From assembly GCA_951406725.2 (NCBI GenBank), contig OX597815.1:16616001-16680000 (forward strand): DNA of 64,000 bases. Reading direction: 5' to 3'. This document shows, piece by piece, positions 51,577-64,000 of the stretch (within the stretch, counting starts at the first letter, position 1; the number at the start of each line of letters is the position of its first letter). The notes beneath the pieces were generated by a model that saw nothing but the letters and a program-made list of their open reading frames with translations, did not search any database and was not told the DNA's origin. A program made the position numbers and the translations under genes. This DNA comes from Octopus vulgaris (Eukaryota).

Positions 51577-52258
51577 TGTAGTGAATCTTGCAAGCATGAA
51601 GTGGATTCGATCCACCATAGCCAAATTTGAATTAACATTGCAACAGAACTGTTCCCACGGTGAAACAATGATTTTTTTCTGACAGCAGTTTTACATTTTC
51701 CAGATGCTTTTAGCTAGACCGAAATAATGTCTTCACTACTTGACCCTTTCTAACCTCTTCTACTTCACCAAAAGCTAGAATCGAGATAACAAGACCACCA
51801 ACTAAATCTATTGTTCTCAATGATATATCTATCCTTCTGGATAGTTATATAAGCCAGCACACCCCAAGCAAAAATCATTTCGTCACAGTCGTGATGACTC
51901 AACGGAGTTAGTCACAGTCGGTGACGACTCAACGAGGTCTGACTGACCAGCCTTGGTCAGAGGGAGAAAGCAACTGTCAGACAACACCCTACAATTCTCT
52001 CTAGCTCTAATTCTGTTCTCTTACAACGTCATTCTATCTCTCTCTGTAATTACTACTAAACAATGAAGAGGACACAAACACAAACTTTACTTCGCATGCT
52101 TTTGGATGTATCAAAACCTGCCCGTCGACGGCAAGGTAATTGTAACGTAACGGTAAATAAATACTTTCCGTAAAACTTCATGCATTGTTCATCTTTCACA
52201 TCGTACAACTTACTGTGATAATAACAAATACTTATCGTTACAAATTTACGCCGTTTCA
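51577..52258 (+). mobile_element. solo LTR inserted into a SINE tail, 4-bp TSD
   Basis: TG...CA termini with GATT on both sides. Removing it restores a SINE tail (..TTCGATTAGAATTCTTCAAGGCG..). Homologous to 14450-15178. Confidence 0.78.
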
Positions 52259-53461
52259 GATTAGAATTCTTCAAGGCGATGTCCCAACATAGCTGCGGTC
52301 TATTGATTGAACCAAATAAATGAAAGAAGAAATAGATATATTTTCTGCAACAAATATGTCTGTTCTGTTATATTAGCTTCGACTCTCGTTGTATGTATAT
52401 ATTGATATAAGAACCTTTGCAATGTTACATGTTGCGACTAAACTTGAATTGTTATGCAGAGGTCGATGTCCTAAAATCGACAACAAATAGAGGATATGAC
52501 ATATTAATATCAGTGAATCTGTAGAATCTTGCCTTGAAGTATGCTGTGAGTAAGTTTAGTAGTCAGGTTGACATCAATTGATGAGATTTATTAGCTTTTA
52601 AAGATTCTGAGAGGAGTGATTGGTCGATAAAACTGTTCGCAGTCATGTCGAGTGAAACAGTAGAGCAATCGATAAGTAGAAATATGTCTGAGGTAACCAG
52701 GAACCAGCATCTGTGAAAGTCATTAATTTCCTTTCTGCCTATTACAAAATTCTTGTCCATGAAGATAATTTTACATGAAACAATAAATTTTATATTTTCT
52801 TTTGAGTCTTTTGTACGAGTTACAGTTTGATCAAAGACTTCCTGATTTTTTTCCCTCATCTCAAAAGATTTATCTGATTTTAACGCGCGAATTATAAAAA
52901 AAAAAAGCACAGAAAGGGAAGTAATACAAATAAAGTAAAAGCAATCAAACAATTGAAGGAATACTACACGGTCTGTTGCTCCAGAGGAAGACAAAAGTAC
53001 CACAAATGAAAAATACAATATCAGTGAAAGTTTGATCAAGTAGTAACTGACACTAATTGAATAGCAAAATTTACGAGAGCTATCGGGAAGTGTGATGGGC
53101 AAATCTTAAAAAATTATCACACGAAATTTTGGGAATAACAATAGTCAGTTAAGTGACCCATTTTAACAGAAGCTATCAGGTACAAAGTGGATTATTTGTA
53201 TGAGGAGTATAAGGAAAACTAAGGTTAGACATAGAAATATTAAAATTTCTAAGTCTCTCTAAAGGAGACTACGGCAGCGGTACTGGAAATTAACAGTTAT
53301 CGCCAAGCTAATATGGCAGTTCTTAACTATAAGACTAAAGCTGCCGTTGATTAGCTCCAAGAGGCCATCGCCTCTAGCTAGCTATATGACACACGAACCT
53401 GTGTCCATTATAACCTTCGAACAGGGGAGGAGGTCAGCCGCTTCCCCTTGCTGGTCAGGCA

Positions 53462-53504
53462 TCTACAGACATATTTCAGGGTATTTGCCCTTTATCAATG
53501 CAGA
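53462..53504 (-). ncRNA. hammerhead-like motif with U3-A8 core variant
   Basis: Minus strand reads TCTGCA-TTGATAA-AGGG caaata CCCT-GAAA TAT GTC-TGTAGA. 6-bp stem I, 4-bp stem II, GUC site, enclosed by further inverted repeats. Confidence 0.6.
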
Positions 53505-53882
53505 GTAACCAAACCCAGCAGGCGTCGCTGCTGACCGTCTGTTCGAAGGATTATTTACCTAATTTCAGTGGAATACACATTTCATTATTTTGTGGATCCA
53601 GTAAAATTTTGTCCCACTACTTGCCATGTTCTTACTGACGCTAGCTTATATTCTGATGATTATAGTACTGTTGCATAGTCAGGGAGAAGGTTTGTTTTAA
53701 TTATATGAACATATTTTTGGTTACATTAACACAGAAAGTGTTCATGGAGTGCATGAAGGGGAAAATTCAGACTAAATGACGTATATTACAAGTTCAGAAA
53801 GTCTTCGTCAGAAATTCAACATTAGTGCTAATTTTTACACATCAGTACATAGTTGTTGCCATGGTGTGTTCTTCATTCATGG

Positions 53883-54117
53883 AAGGCGGCGAGCTGGCAG
53901 AAACGTTAGCACGCCGGGCGAAATGCGTAGCCGTATTTCGTCTGCCGTTACGTTCTGAGTTCAAATTCCACCGAGGTCGACTTTGCCTTTCATCCTTTCG
54001 GGGGTCGATAAATCTAGTACCAGTTATGTACTGGGGTCGATATAATCGACTTAATTCGTTTGTCTGTCCTTGTTTGTCCTCTCTGTGTTTAACCCCTTGT
54101 GGGTAGTAAAGAAATAG
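53883..54117 (+). mobile_element. SINE family B with TSD
   Basis: Flanking GGTGTGTTCTTCAT duplication. Confidence 0.88.
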
Positions 54118-54697
54118 GTGTGTTCTTCATCCATTGCTACTTGTTGAGAGTGAACTCCACCAAGGATTGGAGTCAATCTAAAGTTTTTTTGTGCTCAAAT
54201 GAGCTGTATTTGTAGGCTCTGTTTACTGAAGGTTCTAGTCATGCCTCCAGACTATCACGTGAACAAAAACCGTTGATTGAACTGAAATTTAGTTTGAGCA
54301 CACGATCAACTTGTGATTTCTATTATTTAATTTGAGTGGCGTGTTAAACCTACCCTCCTCCAAATGAAAGAAAAAATAATGGATCATAGGTCGTTGTAGC
54401 GGTAGCAGTTCTAGATTGGGTGTAAATAATTTTATAATAATTTTATGTGGAAGGGTAATAATGGGAATTGCGACGGTTATGCCTTTCTGAAAGACCTTAG
54501 CATCATCGGGAGAGTGACGTTGGCGTTTATTTTTGGCAGTATTAATGTTTTAAATTGTCACAAGATCGATCTTTGTACATAAAATGGTTTGCATGTCACC
54601 CAGTATATTAGAGTCAATTTATTTCGAAACGTGTCAAATTCAACTCTGATTTTCATCTTTTCAGGGTTGATAAAATAAGTACTGAAGAAGATATATA

Positions 54698-55112
54698 TAT
54701 TTCTTTACTACCCACAAGGGGCTACACACAGAGGGGACAAACAAGGACAGACAAACGGATTAAGTCGATTACATCAACCCTAGTGGGTAACTGGTACTTA
54801 TTTAATCGACACCGAAAGGATGAAAGGCAAAGTCGACCTCGGCGGAATTTGAACTCAGAACATAACGGCAGACGAAATACCTATTTCTTTACTACCCACA
54901 AGGGGCTAAACACAGAGGGGACAAACAAGGACAGACAAACGGATTAAGTCGATTACATCAACCCTAGTGGGTAACTGGTACTTAATTTATCGACCCTGAA
55001 AGGATGAAAGGCAAAGTCGACCTCGGCGGAATTTGAACTCAGAACGTAACGGCAGACGAAATACGGCTACGCATTTCGCCCGGCGTGCTAACGATTCTGC
55101 CAGCTCGCCGCC
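54698..55112 (-). mobile_element. SINE family B dimer with TSD
   Basis: Junction at 54874; flanking TACTGAAGAAGATATA duplication. Confidence 0.88.
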
Positions 55113-56230
55113 TACTGAAGAAGATATAGTCAATCATACTGCTCTTTACACGTTTGTGGCCCCTGCTTCTCTGTTAGAAACCAGTCATACAAACTGCAAA
55201 GGAACGAAAAACAAAGTCTTCCTCGCAGGGGTTTGAACTCACTGAACACTGAGAAGTGTGACTAAAATACTGCAAGACATTTAGTTCAGCGTCACAATGT
55301 CTCGGTTATTTTTGTTAATGCTTTATAAAACTACTAGCAGTATCACCCGGCATATATATAGAGAGATTAGTCATATAACTGAATGTGGCATTCCAGCATG
55401 GTTTTGGCCGTTATGGCTAAAACAATCTAAAAAACAACATAGCGATAGTTTTAGCGCGGGGGATACTCTTTAATTGAATTTTCAGAAGTAGAATTCCTTT
55501 ATCAAATGTTTAGACTTCGAAACATTGGCTTTAATTAAGCGTAAAGCGATCTAAAGAAGAAAACAAACGCTGTGTAGAAAAGTCTGGAATGCTATTCTTT
55601 AATTAGCCAACTTACTTTAAATTTTAATTGGATTCATAGAAGCGGGTTAATGTGTAATTAAATGTTACAGAGAAACTGTCAAAATGTTGACAATTAGAAA
55701 AAAAAAATTTTTAAGGGTTTATTCAAAAATCATGGCGAATACTGTAGTACAAAAGATAACCTCCTCAAATATTAAGATATTGATGGAAAAGATGAGCGTA
55801 GACGTTGTTGCGTGGTTAAGCAATTCTCTTTGTTATCTCACTGGGCTGCATCTGAAACAAATATCTTCTATCGTGGTCCCAGGTTGATCTAAGCCCTATC
55901 ATTGAAATTGAGGATGTAAAATCTTTATTAACTGAAGTTATTCTTGGATATATATATATATCACAACGTCCTCGAACCCACAAGTGTAAATAAGAGAGAC
56001 AGAGAAAGGCAGAAACAAGGAAAATGCTACTTATATTTGAACACTATACAAATATTCTTTAAAAAAAACTTGTCTTTTAATTTTTCTAAATTTAATTATT
56101 TAATTGTTACAGTTGAAAAGGTCTCAAATGACTGAAACCGGTACTGAAATGTTCTTTATAAAATTATTTTAGCATTTTCTATCTTGACTTGTTTTTTCAT
56201 ATATATCAACTCGTGCGTGTTCCTTTTCAT

Positions 56231-56311
<81 letters not shown>

Positions 56312-56329
56312 TACGTGTATAAATACATA

Positions 56330-57206
56330 TGAGGCCTGATCAATCCGGACTGTTGCCATAGTAACGAAGCTAATGTATGCAGAGTAAAGCCGCTTGGCAA
56401 AGATTGACCCTGAATACTGTTGTGCATGCGCACTAAGTTTTAACGTGCTAGCCCACTTCCGCTGTTTACAGCAGTGCTTGGAAGGAAGGCGTGTAACGTG
56501 TGATCGTCGCATTGACCATGACAGAGAAAGTTGTCATGGCGCTACCTGCTCAGAGACCTACGCAAAGTTGCAGAAAGTGTATAGAGAGGGATGTTTGAGT
56601 CGCACACAAGTGTACGAGTGGTTCAGACATTTCTAAGATGACCGAAAAAAATGTCGATAGTGACGACCCGCAACCAGCAGAACTGAGAAAAACATCGCAG
56701 GTGTGTGTGCAGCTGTTAGGGGAAATCGTCGAATCACCATCCATGAGTTATCAGAGGATGTGCAGATTAGTTACGGTTCATTTCAGCCCAGTATCACTGA
56801 AGATTTGGGTATGAGACGCGTGTCTGCCTAGTTTGTGCCAAAACTGCTTTCAGCTGACCAAAAGGACTCTCGGGTTTCAGTTGCACAAGATCTTCTTGAT
56901 TGTGTCGAGAACGATGAAAACTTTTTAAATATTTTGCGTAGGCCTCTGAGTAGGTATTGCAAAGCTTTTGGCAAAATTTGATGTAGATTTTCTTCTCAAC
57001 TTTCTTTGTCATGGTCAATGTGACGATCACACGTTACTCATCTTTCTTCAAAGCACTGCTGTAAACAGCAGAAGTGAGCTAGAAGGTTAAAACTTAGTGT
57101 GCACGCACACGAGGGTTTAAGGTCGATCTGTGCCAAGCAGCTTCACTCTGCGTGTTTTAACTTCGTTACTATGGCAACAACCCGGATACTTATTGATCAG
57201 ACCACG
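56330..57206. mobile_element. mariner-derived fold-back element with two inverted 5' ends
   Basis: TA-flanked, with inverted arms of more than 200 bp. Left arm: TCSETYAKLQKVYREGCLSRTQVYEWFRHF. Right arm (minus): MTKKVEKKIYIKFCQKLCNTYSEAYAK. Both are the mariner transposase N-terminal HTH. Confidence 0.85.
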
Positions 57207-57544
57207 TATATATGTTTATATATTTGTGTATATACAAATGTATGTATACCCACAAAATGTGCACAAATATATATTATACAAATACACACACATATATAAT
57301 ACAACTATACATATGCATGCATAGTTCAGTTCACTCATATGCATATCCACTCATCCTCAAATGCATACACATACCTTTATGAAGTGATGTAACTATGCAT
57401 ATGCATACATGTGTATCGAAATCATAGTAATATCTGCCAGGCAGCTGACGATGAAAATATATGACTGATAAGCTTTTTGTTTACTGATATATCGTCTCTC
57501 TTAAATCAGTATGGTGTTGTAATTATCAGAATTGGATCTTTTAT

Positions 57545-58470
57545 CTGTAACTTTTTCCAGTCATTGGCCTACGGCCATGCTGGTTCCCCAAGGATTTAGT
57601 CGAGCAAATTGACACTGATACTTACGGTTGAAGACTAGTTTTTATTATATGGGTCCCTTTTGCAGAGCTGCTATGTTATTTGGATGAAAACAAACCAATA
57701 CCAGTTACCAAGTGGGAAAAACTCAAAAATAGATATACACGTAGATACACACACATATTTATACATACATACATACATACATACCTACATAATACATACA
57801 TACATGCATGCATACATACATACATACATACATACATACATACATACATACATGCATGCATGCATACATACATGCATATATACAAACACACATACATACG
57901 TACATATATACAAACGTATACGTACATATATACAAACACATATACATACGTACATACATACATACATACATGCATACAAACACATACATACATACATACG
58001 TACATGCATACATACATATAAACATACATACATACATACATACATACATACATACACACATACATACACACATACACACATACATACATGCATACATGCA
58101 TACATACATACATACATACATACACACATACATACATACATACATACATACATACATACATACACACATACACACATACACACATACATACATGCATACA
58201 TGCATACATACATACATACATACATACATACATGCATACATACATACATACATACATACATACATGCATACATACATACATACATACATACATACATACA
58301 TACATACACACATACATACATGCATACATGCATACATACATACATACATACACAAGGCTTTGGTCGGCGTAGGGCTATAGCAGAAGTCACTTGCCTAAGG
58401 TATCGCCTAATGGGACTGAACACAAGACCACGTAGTTGGGAAGCAAGCTTCTCAACCACACAGCCATGTC
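57545..58470 (-). mobile_element. SINE family A with its internal microsatellite expanded to ~600 bp of (TACA)n
   Basis: SINE tail on the left and head on the right of the (CATA)n tract at about 57750-58352. Confidence 0.75.
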
Positions 58471-58735
58471 TTCCTATTGCTCTACGTAGGCGTGGAACTT
58501 TAAATATTTAAGATATTGGTAGATGTTCAAGACTTTCTTAACAGCACCATGCCGACGAACCATGAAGGGAATCTCTACGTAGACACTGACCTACTAGAAA
58601 TAACAGCCAAATCACCTTAAAACAACCTTCTACCGTCTTAAAAAGCGAACACACAATGTATTGGCTTAGTCAGATGTAAAAGAGCAATGCCCACGTTCTT
58701 TTTGAAGGGCTCCCACTTATGGCGTTCGGGAATAG

Positions 58736-58897
58736 CAGTGGCGTAGCTAGAGTATGTGCCACCCGGTTCAGCCTTTGTGTTTACTGGCCTCTGGATCCCC
58801 AAGCCTATACTGTTTATACAGCAGACCCGAAAGTGCCGCTCCCATAAAAACGTCGTCCGGGACGGTCTGCCCTCGCCCCACTTAAGTTACACTACTG
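58736..58897. mobile_element. short MITE-like element (hAT-like termini)
   Basis: Imperfect TIRs CAGTGGCGTAGCT...AGTTACACTACTG; no clear TSD. Confidence 0.45.
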
Positions 58898-58977
58898 GAG
58901 AAGGAAAAGGAGTCATGACTAAGGAATTACCGGGAGACCAAATGTTTGATGCAAAAGCCACTCCATCAAAGATACCT

Positions 58978-59211
58978 AAGGCGGTGAGGTGGCAGAAACG
59001 TTAGCACGCCGGGCGAAATGCTTAGCAGTATTTCGTCTGCTTCTACGTTCTGAGTTCAAATTCCGCCGAGGTCGACTTTGCCTTTCATCCTTTCGGGGTC
59101 GATTAAATAAGTACCAGTTACGCACTGGGGTCGATGTAATCGACATAATCCGTTTGTCTGTCCTTGTTTGTCCTCTCTGTGTTTAGCCCCTTGTGGGTAG
59201 TAAAGAAATAG
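58978..59211 (+). mobile_element. SINE family B
   Basis: Full head-to-tail match to family B. Confidence 0.85.
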
Positions 59212-59559
59212 ATATTGGTTTTAAATGTAGTGGCGGATTAAGTCAAAATACGCGAAATAGTTTGGAGTGTTTCCTCACGGTCTCCATCAGTCCAATTTCT
59301 CTCAAAAAGATCTGGGTCAACCCAAGGCTTTGGAAGAAGGTACCTGCCTACGATACTACGTGGTAGGGTGAAATCCAGAATTACCTGATTGCAAGACGAA
59401 CTTTTAACTATGTTAACTATGTCTGCACCAATTTGCATCCTGAGGCAATACGTGTGAACGCTTGTTTTTGTTTTTGTTTGGACAGCGTGGTGATTGCTGG
59501 AAGGTCTTTGAGATCATATAGCTGCTCAGCCAGTTCAGGGCTGAACTGGAGTTAAACAG

Positions 59560-59900
<341 letters not shown>

Positions 59901-60973
59901 TACAGACTGGAAACTGCTCATCTTCTACTCTACGGCAGCCATTAAAGGTAAGATAGATATGAATAAGATATGATGGCTACCAAGATGAAACGTTAAAGAC
60001 ACATTTGTTGGTTAAAAGATCATCTTAGCCGTGGGCTTGCCTTGCGGCAAAAAACACACAACACAACTATTTCTATATATTTACTTTACACCATCTTCTC
60101 CTCCAACATAATTGAAATCAGCAAGCGACCAATTGGCAGTATGCAAAGCAAAAGAATTGCATAAGAGATTAAAGACCAGGCAAGTTTCTCTAATTTTAGA
60201 TTCAGTATTCTCAAAGCAAAACAAGAAGAAGAAGAAGAAGAACAACAACAGCGACAACAACAACCCAAAGCAAACTAAAGGATTAATAAACATAACGTTT
60301 TCTTTGAATATGACGTTTCTATGACAAAGGGAAATATTTAGATATTTGGTTGTCATTTTGGGTTCATTTGCATGCATTTGCGTACGTGTGCATGTCCTGA
60401 AATGTTGATTATAAAGATATGAATAATTGTAGTCCAGTGAAAATTACCTTCGTATGCTATTTTCCTCACAGCAAGTTTTAGATTCGTCTATTTTATGGTA
60501 GGAAAAAGAGAAAATAAACAAAAACCTATAGGATATATTCACAGCGCTATGTTTTAAAATACACAATTCTTTACTTGTTTCGCGTAAATTTTCTGTAAAT
60601 ATCGAAGTCTCAATAATTTGTTTCATACTGAATATAACCTTTTTAGAACAAGAAAGAAAAAAAACAACAAAAATAAGCAAACCAAGCACAAAAAGCAAAA
60701 ACGAAAACAACAGCAATGACAACAACACCACCACAAGCACCACCAACAACAACAACAACAAAAATATCGACGATTCTTCTTACTTTCGGTTTATTCCGCA
60801 ACTGTTTATTCAGTAGTATCACTTGAGTCAAAGCCCTTAACGAGACAGTGGACTGCAAATGAAAGAGATGGTAAAATTCCAAAGGGATTCTATGCGAACA
60901 TCAAAAGGCAATTAGAAAGAATTATGATGTAAGAGTGAAAAATGGTGGAAGGAAATTATACACTACTGTGTAT

Positions 60974-62200
<1,227 letters not shown>

Positions 62201-62442
62201 GGGGGAAAGGCAGATAAGATAGATGCAAATAAAAGACTCAGATTGGAATTAAGTATGAGAAAGAAATCGAATGTTCAATAAATAAAAAGAATATAACAAT
62301 ATCAGAGACATATATGAAAGCATCGTAGCAAAATGTATCGAATCTGGGGATCGAGTCGAGAAAGAACCAATTGGCCAATGGGGCGATAGGCTAATGGAAA
62401 AATAGAATAATATTCCGTGACGTTTGTTAGTTTTAAGATTTA

Positions 62443-62835
62443 CTACCAGTATCGCCCGGTGTTGCTCGGGTTTGTTTCGACCCTTTAGAATTGGAATTTT
62501 TGAAAAGTAAAAATTTTGCATTATGTAGCTTGTTATTCTCTTTAAGGGAACATTTTTCTGGTTGAAATACACCGAAAAATGGCGACACAGCAGTCAAAAA
62601 ATCGTAAAAAATAGGGATTTTCATAGAAAAAAAAGCACTTTTTTGATGTAAATAATTTTTGGTGTTAACATGGTCCGATTTGAATTTTTTCTTCTATGGA
62701 AGGAAGAGCAAGCCTTCTTCTATCATACTCTCAATTTTGGTCAATTTGCGCCGTAGGGTCTCGGAGGAGATAGTGTTAGTTGAAAGCTACCAAACATGCC
62801 ATACACAGACAACTTCAGCTTTATATATATATAGA
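62443..62835 (-). mobile_element. non-autonomous Helitron-like element
   Basis: Same 3' hairpin and (degenerate) CTAG end, and TC-TATATA 5' end, as 21309-21693; different interior. Confidence 0.6.
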
Positions 62836-63014
62836 TTGAGGTCAGATACTGGTATCAGTGTCACTACGACATGAGGTAGCGTCAGATACAGATAAAGCTG
62901 TATGCCATTACGTCATGATATAACGTCAATTCAGAGACCGCTATAATTCCATTACGACTTGATATGATACCATATACAGACATTTGTACAAGTGTTATAA
63001 CGAGTGTTATTATA

Positions 63015-63585
63015 ATGGTTTCAAATTTTGGTACAAGGCCAGCAATTTCTGGGAGGTGGGTGTGAGTCGATTAAATCGACCCCAGTGCCCAACTGGTACT
63101 TATTTCATCGACCCTGAAAGGATGAACGGCAAAATCTAGTTCGGTGAAATTTGAATTCAGAACGTAAAGATTGACGAAATGCCTATATCTTTACTACCCA
63201 CGAGGGGCTAAACATAGAGTGGACAAACGGATTAAGTCGATTATATCGACCCCAGTACGTAACTGGTATTTATCTAATCGAGCCCGAAAGGATGAAAGGT
63301 AAAGTCGACCTCTGCGGAATTTGAACTCAGAACGTAACGGTAGACGAAATACCTATTTCTTTACTACCCACAAAGGGCTAAACACAGAGGGGACAAACAA
63401 GGACAGACAAACGGATTAAATCGATTGTATCGACCCCAGGGCGTAACTGGTACTTATGTAATCGACCCCGAAAGGATGAAAGGGAAAGTTGACCTCGGCG
63501 GAATTTGAACTCAGAACGTAACGGCAGACGAAATACCGTTAAGCATTTTGCCCGGCGTGCTAACGATTCTGCCAGTTTGCCGCTT
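63015..63585 (-). mobile_element. SINE family B concatemer
   Basis: Junctions GAAATACCTATTTC at 63346 and a degenerate one at 63176. Confidence 0.82.
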
Positions 63586-64000
63586 TAGCGTGTGTTATAA
63601 TATTGTGACATAGTTTACGATACAGCTATCGTTGTTGTGTTACTATATGAGGTTATGTCACTCGGTTGTGATACGATTTTATGCAGTGATATGAACATCG
63701 TATCATAATCTAGTAGCATGACGTCATACACAGATATCAATATATCCTTATTACACAGTAACATGGCGTCATACGGAGAGCATCGTAATGTCACTTCTAT
63801 GACAAGACGTCATCTACAGGTCTAATTAATTAGTGTAATTACACTGTAACATGACGTTATACAGGTAGCAGCATAATGGCATCACCTCGGGATCGTAGTA
63901 TGTGACTTTAGCCAGAGTACATTTCACCGGTGGTTCGCAAACCGGTAAATACCCAGCACCATCGCCGGCAAATATAAGTGAAAAATCTCATAATTTGCCC

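Overview
AT-rich, repeat-dense eukaryotic DNA. The SINE/RTE repeat types resemble those of a coleoid cephalopod, probably Octopus (inference). One host gene is well supported: a 4-exon selenoprotein F (SELENOF/Sep15) gene on the + strand (CDS exons 16556-16600, 21779-21952, 32739-32802, 33741-33919; 153 aa). It has an in-frame TGA in the CGU motif, a type II SECIS at 34074-34158 and an AATAAA at 34330. The ORF track misses most of it. The rest is decayed RTE, Tx1/L1-like and CR1 LINEs, two tRNA-derived SINE families, two solo LTRs, a fold-back mariner, Helitron and MITE remnants, and microsatellites. The most interesting non-gene signal is four type I hammerhead-ribozyme-like motifs on the minus strand (62-107, 10591-10664, 47274-47309, 53462-53504). 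All have palindromic stem III, as in Penelope-like element hammerheads. One carries a compensatory U3-A8 core pair inside a long rod-like fold. Also notable are SINE concatemers with an invariant junction, perfect fold-backs at RTE 5' junctions, a templated-insertion mosaic and a possible M3 peptidase relic. All structures were read by eye; no searches were run.
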